A DNA stretch of 44,966 nucleotides from a virus (Duplodnaviria > Caudoviricetes): IMG/VR virus record IMGVR_UViG_3300032074_000006, positions 1-44,966 of that record; one strand, 5' to 3'. The translations under genes were made by a program, and so were the position numbers. Positions 18,392 through 27,269 of this stretch are shown here, piece by piece (within the stretch, counting starts at the first letter, position 1; every line of letters begins with the position of its first letter). The notes under the pieces are model-generated. The model searched no databases. It was given only the letters and a program-made list of their open reading frames with translations, and was not told where the DNA came from.

Positions 18392-18900
18392 ACGCCCACC
18401 AGTTCGGACACGCGGAAATCCTCAAGGGCCTGACGCCGGCTGTCGGCGGTGGCCTCGGCCTTGTCGGCTGCGAGCCGCATCATGTTGATAGCGACCTTAT
18501 CTCCGGTGCAATGCTGGTCGTTGTAGTGGGTGACAAGATCAAACGGTTCCATTTCCCGCGTGTTCTTGCACCCGCATTCGCAGGACGCCTCGGGGTCGCA
18601 CGAGGAGCACAGGCCCGTGGGGATCATATCTGCGAGGACGGTAATGGCAGCTTCGCAGCGGAACAGGCCGGGGTCGTCGTGGTGCAACGACAGGCCCATG
18701 AATCCTGCGCTCGGACTCATGGAGAAGGTGCGGGTGACCAGTGTCTTGTAGGTGGCGAGTTCGATAGCGCCCACGGCGCACACCGATCCGCTGGCGTAGT
18801 CAACGAGCGAACCCTGAAAGTGGCCGGCGTGTTTGATGACCATTGCGGCGTTGCGCAGGTCGTGTGCGGCGGTGACGAGCTGGTGCTGCGTGAGCTGCAT
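18388..18900 (-). CDS. DUF6197-like protein
   Basis: G.FQG...GSVCAVGAI...HYND pattern with Cys-rich insert; AGGGGGA RBS. Confidence 0.6.
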   Translation of the reverse strand: MQLTQHQLVTAAHDLRNAAMVIKHAGHFQGSLVDYASGSVCAVGAIELATYKTLVTRTFSMSPSAGFMGLSLHHDDPGLFRCEAAITVLADMIPTGLCSSCDPEASCECGCKNTREMEPFDLVTHYNDQHCTGDKVAINMMRLAADKAEATADSRRQALEDFRVSELVGV

Positions 18901-18908
18901 TGTTCCCC

Positions 18909-19316
18909 CTAGAACAGTTCGGCGTCGAACGACTCGGGTCGTTCGGTGGCGAGCACGATCAGCTCACCCCATGCGGACTCAACGACCTTGTACTTGGGCG
19001 TGTTGTCCTTGGCGCTGGTTGGAATGGTGGCCGGGTCGATGCAGTCGCGTGGCCCCATTCCTTTCCGGTGGTCATCGAACCAGCGGACGGTGGAGAACTG
19101 CCGGTGGCAGATAGGGCAGTGGCATTCGCGTGCCGCCGTCCATACCCGCTTGCACTTGTGGCAGGTGGCGGAATTGCTAGGCCGGTCCTGTACTAGTTCC
19201 GGGTGTGCCGCTCGGTAGGCGCTGTGAATCTCGGGGGCTATGCGCCCCCTGTCCGCAATGGTGTAGCCGTTGGTGCGCGCCCATTCGCGGACGGACGGGA
19301 TAGATGTTGCGGTCAT
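18909..19316 (-). CDS. Lsr2 DNA-binding domain fused to FDxHR zinc-binding domain
   Basis: VREWARTNGYTIADRGRI (Lsr2 C-terminal domain) then CHKC..W...HCPICHRQFS...FDDHR. Confidence 0.85.
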   Translation of the reverse strand: MTATSIPSVREWARTNGYTIADRGRIAPEIHSAYRAAHPELVQDRPSNSATCHKCKRVWTAARECHCPICHRQFSTVRWFDDHRKGMGPRDCIDPATIPTSAKDNTPKYKVVESAWGELIVLATERPESFDAELF

Positions 19317-19342
19317 GTAACTTCCTCATTTCCTACTGACTC

Positions 19343-19372
19343 AACGTAATCGGACGGATACGGGTCGGTCAA
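19343..19372 (-). promoter_or_regulatory. SigA-like promoter for Lsr2-FDxHR operon
   Basis: TTGACC-18 nt-TACGTT on the minus strand; the -35 overlaps the recombinase stop codon. Confidence 0.55.
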
Positions 19373-20367
19373 GGCCGCAACCGGATGACCGTTGCCAAAC
19401 CGAACCGTTCCGTTTCGGCACTAGTTGCCGTAGCCAACGGCGACACCCACACATTGCTACGCATGATCTTGTTACGCCGGTCACGATCCCCCTGCACGCC
19501 CAAGTACAGCTCCGTGGTGCGACGCGACTGGTGGTGCAGGAGCGCGGCGACCACGCCCACCGGGTCTTCCTCGCCGGCAGCCACGAGTGCGTCATAGCGC
19601 AGGCGTGCCATGCTGCGCCGAATGGTGTGGAAGCCTCTGCGCATTTCCACTGCCACCCCGAGAGCGTCAAGGGCACGGTGCACAATGAGGTACGGGTGGC
19701 TCATCGGCTTGTCCGGGTGCAGGAGCAACTGACGCCCGCCCTCGGTGATGCGGTACGTCAGCGACGGGAACAGGTAATCCTCGGGGGCGAGGGGCCGACC
19801 GATGTTCGCCGCATAGGCGTGCAGATAGTTCGCAAGCTCAAGCTCAAGATCATCCGTGATTGGCATTTCATCCCACGCGAACTCGCCTTCCGTCTTCATC
19901 ACCCGCACATCGGCATAGCCGTCCTGCCTTCGCAGGTGCCCCACCCGCAGATAGGCAATCTCCGAACCGCGCAGCAGCCATTCGATAGCGACGGCGATAG
20001 CGGCACGGTCACGCTTGTTCTTAGCCTGATCGGGCAGCGCCTTAATCTGGTCCAAGTCAAGGCGTAGTTGCCGACGCGCGGGATCGTGTAGCCGGCTGAC
20101 GGTGGGCGTGCGTTCCATCCACCCTTCCCGCCGTGCGTAATTGAGGAAGGCACGCACCCGGTCTAGGTACTTCTCCGCCGACGACGGGGACACCTTGAGT
20201 CCGTTCCGCCAGTGCCGCAGCATGGCGGCGGTCAGCTCGGGCAGCTCGACGCCGCCGTACTGGTCTGCTAGCCGGCCCAACGTCTGCTTGATGTTGCGGT
20301 AGGTGAGGGCACTGACCTCGGGCTCACGCTCACTCAGGTACAGTGCAATAGCTTCTGACACCTTCAT
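19369..20367 (-). CDS. Tyrosine recombinase (Xer/integrase family)
   Basis: LRGSEI (R), K, HTIRR (HxxR), LLHH...TTELY (H,Y); core-binding domain but no N-terminal arm-binding extension. Confidence 0.92.
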   Translation of the reverse strand: MKVSEAIALYLSEREPEVSALTYRNIKQTLGRLADQYGGVELPELTAAMLRHWRNGLKVSPSSAEKYLDRVRAFLNYARREGWMERTPTVSRLHDPARRQLRLDLDQIKALPDQAKNKRDRAAIAVAIEWLLRGSEIAYLRVGHLRRQDGYADVRVMKTEGEFAWDEMPITDDLELELANYLHAYAANIGRPLAPEDYLFPSLTYRITEGGRQLLLHPDKPMSHPYLIVHRALDALGVAVEMRRGFHTIRRSMARLRYDALVAAGEEDPVGVVAALLHHQSRRTTELYLGVQGDRDRRNKIMRSNVWVSPLATATSAETERFGLATVIRLRP

Positions 20368-20384
20368 ACGGCGCACGGTAGCAG

Positions 20385-20422
20385 AGAGGCCCGCCCCCCA
20401 CCACGGGGGACGGGCCTCTTTT
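20385..20422. terminator. Hairpin/terminator upstream of recombinase
   Basis: agaggcccgccccc-accac-gggggacgggcctct then ttt. Confidence 0.65.
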
Positions 20423-20433
20423 CCAGTGCGGGT

Positions 20434-20643
20434 CTACGCCTCGGGGCTTAGGTAGACCTCGATCACCTGGCGTCCCCGCGCTCGCTCGCGGATCACACAC
20501 AGCTTCGCCCAATCCGACGCCCCCCCGTAGGGGGTCGCCTTCGGCTGATGGAAGAATGCATAACCCCGCCCCTCGCCAGGCAGCTTGTGCGCTTTCACGG
20601 TCGCCTTCCACTCCATGCCGGTGAGGCCCACGTTGTCGCTCAT
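20434..20643 (-). CDS. Hypothetical protein
   Basis: 69 aa, TGATG coupling with ParB-like gene. Confidence 0.55.
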   Translation of the reverse strand: MSDNVGLTGMEWKATVKAHKLPGEGRGYAFFHQPKATPYGGASDWAKLCVIRERARGRQVIEVYLSPEA

Positions 20644-21533
20644 CAGACGATGGGGATGAACGGGTCGTGGTCGTGCACCACCACACGGTCAAGCGTCTCA
20701 TCCATGCGCCAGGCATTCCACACCGTCAACAGGACAGTGAGGCTCTTGTCCGACGCGTTGCGTTCCTGAACCAGCTTGCCCGTCTTAGGCCGGGCAGCAA
20801 TCGCAGCGAGATAGCGGTACAACGCCATGACCGGGGAACCCGGCCGCATCTCCCCGCCCAACACCTCGTTAGCGAACGTGAACGCATCCCGTTCTTCCTG
20901 CGCAGCGGCCATAGCCATGAACGCAAACCACACGCTCTTAGAAATACCCGGCCCCGTCTTGTGCATCTGACCAGCAACCGGCGCAGTCTTAGTGTGTTCC
21001 GGGTGCTTGCCCAAGTATTCCAAGGCAGCGTCGGGGGAGAGGGCCACCACGTCACGGCGCATAGACGGCGACGCATCATGCTTGAGGCCGCGTGCCTCGG
21101 CAGCCTCATACCGCAACCGCAGATTGATAGCGGCAGCCACATTGTTCGCCTCGTAAATGCCTTCCATCTGGAAGGTGTGCGACGTGTTGCGGCGCAAACC
21201 CACATCGACACGGCGCTTCGTGTCCAACGACAGGCCGGTCTTAATGGTGGTGGCGAACGGCACGCCGGCCTGCACGCACGCCTTGAGGCGGTGCTGCCCG
21301 TCGATCAAATCACCAGTGCGGGCAAACTTAATGTCGGACGCGTCGGGATCCCACCGGCCCGCCTTCATTTCGATAACCCAACGGTCAACCGCCGCCTTGG
21401 ACAGTTTGCGGTTGTTCGGGTTCCGATCGGTCAGCCACTTGTCGGCCAACTCGGGGGTGACGAGAACGATGTGCGTACCCCGCCGCACCATCCATTCGTC
21501 GTCCCATTCCTTGACCTCAGGTCCGTCGTTCAT
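20643..21533 (-). CDS. ParB/Srx-like N-terminal domain protein (DGQHR motif)
   Basis: VTPELA.KWL..N..NR.L...G.LIDGQHRL.A; ATG 21533 follows GGAAATGGGGA. Confidence 0.8.
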   Translation of the reverse strand: MNDGPEVKEWDDEWMVRRGTHIVLVTPELADKWLTDRNPNNRKLSKAAVDRWVIEMKAGRWDPDASDIKFARTGDLIDGQHRLKACVQAGVPFATTIKTGLSLDTKRRVDVGLRRNTSHTFQMEGIYEANNVAAAINLRLRYEAAEARGLKHDASPSMRRDVVALSPDAALEYLGKHPEHTKTAPVAGQMHKTGPGISKSVWFAFMAMAAAQEERDAFTFANEVLGGEMRPGSPVMALYRYLAAIAARPKTGKLVQERNASDKSLTVLLTVWNAWRMDETLDRVVVHDHDPFIPIV

Positions 21534-22189
21534 CCAGTCCCCATTTCCATCTCGTCGCGGTAGTAGCCGTCCGGCCCCACCATGTCTGCGATCCAGAACG
21601 CACCCCAACCAGTGCGCTCCACAACCTGCGACAGTGAATAGCCCTCGCGGACCATTCGACGCACATCGCGCAGGGAGAATGCAGGATTGCGTGACTTGCA
21701 ATCCATGTCGATAGCCGGCCGTTTCGGCTTGAGCTTCGCAAGCATGCGCTGCACCGTGACCAACTGAGGGTCGGGCTTCGGCTCAGGCTTCGGCACTTCC
21801 TCATCGCCGTATCGGTAGCGCCACCAGTCCTCGCCTCCGATGGACGCCCACCATTCCCGCTTGCTCTGACCAGTGCTGAACGCATCCGCGACCGTGACCA
21901 CGGGCTCAGCGTGGGAAAAGGGTACGACAGTTTGCTTGCGCACAGGGGAGGCGGGGGACAGGTCAGCACCCCGTTTGCGCAGGTCAGATAGCCAGTTCTG
22001 CCAGCCTCGGTACTCGCTCGGGGTGGAGGGGACGACCACCTGCGACGCCTCGCGGTCGGGCGGAACTAGAACCGGGTGGTTGTGGCCTCGCTTGTACCGC
22101 CACCCCTGGTCGCGGACCAGTAGCCGGCACACGTTCCGGTACTCGGGCTGTAGCTCAGCTCCGGGCCAATCGGATTCTGCGGGAGGCAC
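21530..22189 (-). CDS. HicA-like domain protein with C-terminal HTH-like segment
   Basis: QGWRYKRGHNHPVLVPP...VVVPSTPSEYR..NWLSDLRKRG; C-terminal VRRMVREGYSLSQVVERTGW; AGGAG RBS before GTG. Confidence 0.65.
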   Translation of the reverse strand: MPPAESDWPGAELQPEYRNVCRLLVRDQGWRYKRGHNHPVLVPPDREASQVVVPSTPSEYRGWQNWLSDLRKRGADLSPASPVRKQTVVPFSHAEPVVTVADAFSTGQSKREWWASIGGEDWWRYRYGDEEVPKPEPKPDPQLVTVQRMLAKLKPKRPAIDMDCKSRNPAFSLRDVRRMVREGYSLSQVVERTGWGAFWIADMVGPDGYYRDEMEMGTG

Positions 22190-22276
22190 GGTGCTCCTGT
22201 GTGCGTAGACGACAGAACCCCCACACCGTAGCGGCATGGGGGCTTGCTGTCACCACGGGGGGTGTGACCTGCATGT

Positions 22277-22501
22277 TTAGGGTGTGGAGACTAGCCGCTC
22301 AATCTCGCGCTGCACGTACCACGCGGCCTTGCGCAAGTCCTCAAGCTCGGTGGTCTTGCTCTTGACGCCGGCACGGGCCAGGTACTTGACGGCGTTGCCA
22401 CGGCAGAAGTTCATGTGCTCCGTAATGTCGATGACCTCGGCACCATTCGACCAGCCTTCGGCGTAATGGGTCGGATGATTCACCGGGTCAGGCTGCGTCA
22501 T
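22277..22501 (-). CDS. DUF3310 protein (T7 gp1.7-like nucleotide kinase family)
   Basis: DPVNHPTHY...EVIDI...FCRGNAVKYLARAG...EDLRKAAWY. Confidence 0.92.
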   Translation of the reverse strand: MTQPDPVNHPTHYAEGWSNGAEVIDITEHMNFCRGNAVKYLARAGVKSKTTELEDLRKAAWYVQREIERLVSTP

Positions 22502-23132
22502 CAGTCACCCGCCCAAGGTGCCGGGTGACAATGCGGTCAAGGATTCGCATGTACTTCGCGTACGCGCTGTTAGCCTGAATGCCCAGGTGAATACCGACGG
22601 CATCCCACTTGGAGTCCAGTGCGATGCACAGCTTCACGTATTCTTGGTCGTCGGCACTCAGCTTTCCGTAAGCCGTTCGTACGTCCACAATCGAAGCAAG
22701 CATTCCGCCACCGTAGGCAGGGTCGGCTTTTGCGCTAGGTCCGTCGTGCAACCCGCCACCGGACAGACCGGGAATCGTGGCGGGATCGAGCGCAAGAGGG
22801 AGCAGGCGGGCGACTTCGGGTCGGGAGTAGTTGTAGTCATCCCGCCAATCATAGCCCAGGTTCGCCTTGCGCTCACGCTCACAGTAATTCACTGCCGCGT
22901 TCGTGATCGCACGCGTCAGCTTCCGCTTGGCCTCGGCTGCGATCTTCTCGTCCCGGTCCTGCATCAACTCCTTGTACTTGGCGACGCCGGCAGCGCCAGC
23001 CCCATACCACCAGCACCACACCTCCTGCGCCACGTCCTCGTGGTCAATGTGCGGATAGCGGGTGGCGACACTGCGCGCCTGCTTATCCACGAGGAACACG
23101 TCATCGAGCAGCGGGTTAGTAGCTGCGGCCAT
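22488..23132 (-). CDS. Sigma-70-like / HTH transcription factor
   Basis: ARSVATRY...EDVAQEVW region-2-like segment; DVRTAYGKLS...W..VG..LGI region-4-like HTH. Confidence 0.65.
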   Translation of the reverse strand: MAAATNPLLDDVFLVDKQARSVATRYPHIDHEDVAQEVWCWWYGAGAAGVAKYKELMQDRDEKIAAEAKRKLTRAITNAAVNYCERERKANLGYDWRDDYNYSRPEVARLLPLALDPATIPGLSGGGLHDGPSAKADPAYGGGMLASIVDVRTAYGKLSADDQEYVKLCIALDSKWDAVGIHLGIQANSAYAKYMRILDRIVTRHLGRVTDDAA

Positions 23133-23859
23133 GAAAGGTGAACCGTCCCTTCGGGAACACGGGGACAACGCCCGGAGTGACGCGCTTACCTTCGACCTCA
23201 AGAAAGCCAAAGCCCTGCTGCCAGTTAGCGACACCGGGGAAGTCAAGGTAAGAACCAGCTCTACGAATATCTCCCAGCCAACCAGACTCAAGAGCAAAGC
23301 GCGTGACATTCGTCGTCTCATAGATCACGCCTAGTCTGTGCGTGTGTCCCTGCACGATTCCCCGGTCAGGATTGTGGCGCAGCAGTTCCTTGCGGGCAGA
23401 GAATCCGGCGTGGGGAGCGAGCATTTTTCCGTGGATACAGGACACACCCGGTGCGATTGCCCACGGCTGCGTCTTGGGGTGCTTGACATTAAACGAATCC
23501 AGCTTCATCAGCTCGGCGGTTGACGGCACAATGTCCCGCAGTGCCGGCGCGTAGCTATTGACGTATGCCTTAAGCCGATCCTCATGGTTACCAGTGACCC
23601 ACACCAGCTCGGCGTCGCCGGCTGCCTGCCGTAGCATCGTCCAGAACCGGACACCGGACTCCGCCTCTTCCTGCACGCTGTTGCAGTATTCGGCTGCGGT
23701 GCCCTTCGACCAGCGGGCGGGTGCCTTCATATCGAGCAGGTCACCGACCTGCACAACACGGTCCGGCTTCACGTCCTGCACCATGTTGAGCACGGACTCG
23801 ATTGCGTACTTGTCTTCGTACGGCAGGTGAATGTCGGGGAGAATAATTGTCAGGGTCAC
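23116..23859 (-). CDS. Calcineurin-like metallophosphoesterase
   Basis: PDIH, GDLLD, GNHE, HG, GHTH motifs. Confidence 0.92.
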   Translation of the reverse strand: MTLTIILPDIHLPYEDKYAIESVLNMVQDVKPDRVVQVGDLLDMKAPARWSKGTAAEYCNSVQEEAESGVRFWTMLRQAAGDAELVWVTGNHEDRLKAYVNSYAPALRDIVPSTAELMKLDSFNVKHPKTQPWAIAPGVSCIHGKMLAPHAGFSARKELLRHNPDRGIVQGHTHRLGVIYETTNVTRFALESGWLGDIRRAGSYLDFPGVANWQQGFGFLEVEGKRVTPGVVPVFPKGRFTFHGRSY

Positions 23860-24059
23860 AGGGGCACATCCACATACAATTCGTAAGCTGCGGTGTCATC
23901 GTTCAGGACGAGCGCGAACGGAGTTTGTACACCGCCCATCGCAACAAAGATTGGGGACTCGGAATCCAGAATGACGCCGTGAGCCGAGACAAGGAAGTTG
24001 AGGTTCGTGACAAACGCACTGATCCGCCCGTGTTCCTCTTCATCGAATAGCCGCTTCAC
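23856..24059 (-). CDS. Hypothetical protein
   Basis: 67 aa, GTGA coupling at both ends. Confidence 0.6.
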   Translation of the reverse strand: MKRLFDEEEHGRISAFVTNLNFLVSAHGVILDSESPIFVAMGGVQTPFALVLNDDTAAYELYVDVPL

Positions 24060-24166
24060 TTCTTCTGACTTCCCGGCTTCTTAAACGAAAGCTTGCTGTT
24101 CTTGTTCTCGGCTACCGTCTTCTCGTAGTCGGCAAGCCGGCGCTCAAGGTTGTTCTTCTTGCTCAT
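24056..24166 (-). CDS. 36-aa basic peptide (not in ORF track)
   Basis: MSKKNNLERRLADYEKTVAENKNSKLSFKKPGSQKK; ATGA and GTGA couplings fill the gap exactly. Confidence 0.6.
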   Translation of the reverse strand: MSKKNNLERRLADYEKTVAENKNSKLSFKKPGSQKK

Positions 24167-24594
24167 AGAAGGGGAAGCTTCCTCGCTGAGATTCGGAGTG
24201 GCTTACCCTCCCGGTCGGGAGACACCACCATTGCGATACCGCTATTGGCAATAACCTTGCAACAGCTAATGCAAGGCTGGTCCGTTACATACAAGGTGCC
24301 GCCTTCGACCTTCGATCGGTCGGCGTACAGCAGTGCATTCACTTCGGCGTGATTGCTAATGCAGTTCTCGTATCCCTTATAAGGCTGGCATTCCTGATAA
24401 GACAGGAGGCCACGAGGGCAGCCACCCTCAAGGCAGCCCCGTTCACCGGGCGGTGCGCCGTTATATCCGGTTGCAACCACCCGATGCCCCGTGTCAAGAA
24501 CCACTGCGCCCACTCGTCGGCGGGTGCAGTCGGCTCGGGTGGCGACGGCTCGGGCAAGTCCAAGTCCCCACTCATCCCAGCTCGGGCGTTCCAC
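24163..24594 (-). CDS. dCMP deaminase
   Basis: RPSWDE...RADCTRRRVGAV...GYNG...HAEVNAL...PCISC. Confidence 0.93.
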   Translation of the reverse strand: MERPSWDEWGLGLARAVATRADCTRRRVGAVVLDTGHRVVATGYNGAPPGERGCLEGGCPRGLLSYQECQPYKGYENCISNHAEVNALLYADRSKVEGGTLYVTDQPCISCCKVIANSGIAMVVSPDREGKPLRISARKLPLL

Positions 24595-24940
24595 GCTTAC
24601 CCCCGAAGTAGGGCACGGCGAAGCCGGCGCTGAGCAGTCGGTCATTCACACTGTCGCCCCACACGTCGCCGTGGTCGTTGTCCCACAGCGTTGCGAGTAG
24701 CCGGCCGTACTTGTCGTCGGCGTCCTTCCGTGTGCGAATGGTGATCGTCTGCCCGATGGGCAGCATGTTGCGCAGGTAGTCCCGCGCTTCCTTACCACCC
24801 GCCGCGCCCAGCTCGGGCGCGTCGATGCCGTACAAACGGAGCGACTGGTTGGCGGTCCAGATACCGAACCCCAGGTCAATGTCTGCCCGGATGGTGTCGC
24901 CGTCGTATTCACTGCGGACGTGCGCTATGTACTCGTACAT
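24572..24940 (-). CDS. Thermonuclease (SNase) family protein
   Basis: YDGDTI..DIDLGF...RLYGIDAPE...DKYGRLLA. Confidence 0.92.
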   Translation of the reverse strand: MYEYIAHVRSEYDGDTIRADIDLGFGIWTANQSLRLYGIDAPELGAAGGKEARDYLRNMLPIGQTITIRTRKDADDKYGRLLATLWDNDHGDVWGDSVNDRLLSAGFAVPYFGGKRGTPELG

Positions 24941-25176
24941 CACTGAGCATTCACGCGGCAGGAGATGAGCAGTCCGTCGATCAGTGCATCGAACCGGGTG
25001 CTGATGGTCAGCGTCGCCCAATCCAACGTCTCGTTCTTATCCCTGGCCGAGTGGAACAGGTCGTCCAGCCGCTCATCGAGAATGGCTAGGATGATCCGGT
25101 CCGGGTAGCCGGCCTCAAGGTCGCGCCTCGGCACAATGTCCTGTGTCGCGTACAGGTTCCGATTGATAACCGTCAT
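24940..25176 (-). CDS. Hypothetical protein
   Basis: TGATG coupling at both ends; MTVINRNLYATQ... Confidence 0.55.
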   Translation of the reverse strand: MTVINRNLYATQDIVPRRDLEAGYPDRIILAILDERLDDLFHSARDKNETLDWATLTISTRFDALIDGLLISCRVNAQ

Positions 25177-25292
25177 CAGTAGTCGTCCTCGCCCGGGTCC
25201 AGTGCCACAACCCAACGGGAAAGGTACTGACTGAACTTCCACACCTTGTCGTCCAGCCAGAACAGGATGGGCAGACCGTAATGCGTGAGCAT
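25176..25292 (-). CDS. 38-aa peptide (not in ORF track)
   Basis: MLTHYGLPILFWLDDKVWKFSQYLSRWVVALDPGEDDY; TGATG couplings at both ends. Confidence 0.5.
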   Translation of the reverse strand: MLTHYGLPILFWLDDKVWKFSQYLSRWVVALDPGEDDY

Positions 25293-25564
25293 CAGCGGAT
25301 AGGGGACAGATAGACGGCGTGGTACACGTCATCGGGCAGCGGCCAGAAGTCGTTAAACTGGTCGCGGATAACCCACTGCCCCCGCTTCACCGAATCGATA
25401 CCGTCACCGAGAACGATGACCGGCTCGTGCGGGTGCACCGCCGCGAATCCGCCGTTCGATTCGATCCAATCCACGATCAGCTCGGCACTGGTGTCGTCGG
25501 TGTACCGCCACGCCTGAATGGTGGTCGGCTTCTTGGTGGCAATGACCGGGTTGAGCTGAGTCAC
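25292..25564 (-). CDS. Conserved phage hypothetical protein
   Basis: KKPTTIQAWRY...GQWVIRD...FWP...VY..VY pattern common in phage small proteins. Confidence 0.75.
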   Translation of the reverse strand: MTQLNPVIATKKPTTIQAWRYTDDTSAELIVDWIESNGGFAAVHPHEPVIVLGDGIDSVKRGQWVIRDQFNDFWPLPDDVYHAVYLSPIR

Positions 25565-25827
25565 GCGAACAGCTCCTTAATGGTGGTGGCCTTCCGCTTG
25601 GCGTCGGCCGCACTGCGGCGGGCGGTGCCGGCTACACGGGCAAGCTCACCGGCCGTGGTGTCGGCATCGTGAGCCAGCACCCCAAACTGTTCCGCCGCGT
25701 CCTCAAGATCGTTGGCAGCCGTGGTGAACACGTCCACCGCATAGCCCTGCAATGCGGCCACACTGTTAAGCCGTTCCTCGTGGGTCATCGGCTTCGGCGT
25801 GTAGCCCGGGATCAACCTGCGAATCAT
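25561..25827 (-). CDS. Coiled-coil hypothetical protein
   Basis: Ala-rich helical ORF; start uncertain (25827 or 25788). Confidence 0.55.
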   Translation of the reverse strand: MIRRLIPGYTPKPMTHEERLNSVAALQGYAVDVFTTAANDLEDAAEQFGVLAHDADTTAGELARVAGTARRSAADAKRKATTIKELFA

Positions 25828-26506
25828 CGAATATCCATTCATCAAGATCACAACGTGTGAGGAATCCCTCGGCACCTTCGGTGGAAAGAACTTCGTTCGC
25901 ATCCATATCCGTAGGCATGTGAACAACCCGTGCCTGCGGAACGTCCTGAGCGATGAGCTTGGCTAGTGCCTTGCCCGCCTTATCCCCGTCAGCCGGCACA
26001 ATGACCAGCGGGAAAGGGGAGAGAGTGCGCGCCCAATACTTGTGCTTGGCCCACATATCCGCACCCGGCACAGCAACAGCCGGGTAGCCGGTGAATGTCT
26101 GCACTGCAATGCAGTCCAGCTCACCCTCTGTTACGAATATGAATGGGGCGCTGGTGAGGGTGGCCCCCGCATTAAACAAGCGGGGTTCCTCGCCGTCGTC
26201 ATGCAAATACTTAGGGCAGCCGGTGCTCTTGCAGTCATGGTTACGCATGCACCGATACTTGATGCCCAGCATTCCGCTCATCGTGAGATACGGGATGCTC
26301 AGCCGGCCGATGAGGTAATCCTGCGGGTGGTCATCGACCACACCCAGCCGGAAGTTCTCGACGGCGGTAGTGGCAAGGGGCTCAGTAAAGCCCCGTGTCA
26401 TCAAATAGTCCACCGCTGCCCGACTGTTTGCCTCGTACGCCTGACTGCGCTTGTCCAGTAAGTTCCTCTGCTCGCTCGACGGCAACCGCAAAGGTGATCC
26501 CTTCAT
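25766..26506 (-). CDS. DNA primase, catalytic/TOPRIM part
   Basis: YL..RG, RLSIPY, IKYR, KYL, VTEGELD, VPG, DGDKAG, D.NE motifs. Confidence 0.9.
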   Translation of the reverse strand: MKGSPLRLPSSEQRNLLDKRSQAYEANSRAAVDYLMTRGFTEPLATTAVENFRLGVVDDHPQDYLIGRLSIPYLTMSGMLGIKYRCMRNHDCKSTGCPKYLHDDGEEPRLFNAGATLTSAPFIFVTEGELDCIAVQTFTGYPAVAVPGADMWAKHKYWARTLSPFPLVIVPADGDKAGKALAKLIAQDVPQARVVHMPTDMDANEVLSTEGAEGFLTRCDLDEWIFDDSQVDPGLHAEADDPRGTA

Positions 26507-26723
26507 GCCGCATCAGCAGCTCAATAGCATCGCCCGTCTCCCCGCAAGCGAAGCAACGGAACCTGTTGTTCTGGTAGTCGATGACGGCGGAGGCCACACT
26601 GTCATCGTGGAATGAGCACTTGGCTTTCACTCTGCCGCTGCGCCGGCCACCGGGAATGATCTGCCCCAGGTAGTCAAGGATTGGTTCGATAGGAAACTTA
26701 GTGATCCGGGTTTTGCGGGCCAC
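26382..26723 (-). CDS. DNA primase, CHC2 zinc-finger part
   Basis: CSFHDD...S...FRCFACGETGDAIELLM..EG..F..AV. Confidence 0.9.
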   Translation of the reverse strand: MARKTRITKFPIEPILDYLGQIIPGGRRSGRVKAKCSFHDDSVASAVIDYQNNRFRCFACGETGDAIELLMRHEGITFAVAVERAEELTGQAQSGVRGKQSGSGGLFDDTGLY

Positions 26724-26835
26724 GCTGTACCTCTATTTCTCCCACACCCAGGCACCTGAGGCAGAGGCCGGCGAACTCATCGAACGCCTCCGACCACCAG
26801 GCAGCGCCGGTCCCTTCGCACTCCGGGCAGGTCAC
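26698..26835 (-). CDS. Small CxxCxGxG zinc-finger protein
   Basis: CPECEGTG...CLRCLGVG; GTGA coupling. Confidence 0.6.
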   Translation of the reverse strand: MTCPECEGTGAAWWSEAFDEFAGLCLRCLGVGEIEVQRGPQNPDH

Positions 26836-27269
26836 CGTTGCGAGGGCCAATGGCGCAGGTAATCCGCGCCCCTCTCCCACGCCAACGGGTCGTCCCTCAG
26901 GTGACCCAGCATCTTGTTGCAGGTCGAACACAACAAACCCCTGACACAATTAGGACAACCCTTGTCGGCCTCGTGCCCGTCCCGAATAGCTTGGGCGTGG
27001 TCGTGGTCAACGGACAGTCGCTTGTATGTTCCCGTCGCCCGCTCGCAGATAAAGCAGCGATGCCCCTGCACTGCAAGGATTCTCGCGTACTCGTCGGCAG
27101 TGATGGAGTACACGGTCTGCAATCGCCGTGCGTGCGCAGTATTCCTATTAAGTTTCTTGCGCTCCCGATGGTGCGTGGCACACCGGGGGCCGGGATACGG
27201 TGACTTCCGCGTGAGCGGCAATCCCAGCCCCGCACAATCCTTACAGGTGGGTCGGGCTACCGCCGCCAC
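26832..27269 (-). CDS. Recombination endonuclease VII-like protein
   Basis: YSITADEY...Q..RCFIC...LSVDHDH...VRGLLC..CN..LG. Confidence 0.92.
   Translation of the reverse strand: MAAVARPTCKDCAGLGLPLTRKSPYPGPRCATHHRERKKLNRNTAHARRLQTVYSITADEYARILAVQGHRCFICERATGTYKRLSVDHDHAQAIRDGHEADKGCPNCVRGLLCSTCNKMLGHLRDDPLAWERGADYLRHWPSQR

Noticed and set aside
20643-21533. Dnd/phosphorothioation system suggested by DGQHR motif
   Set aside because: No dndC/D/E or cysteine desulfurase; context fits a stand-alone phage ParB-like protein
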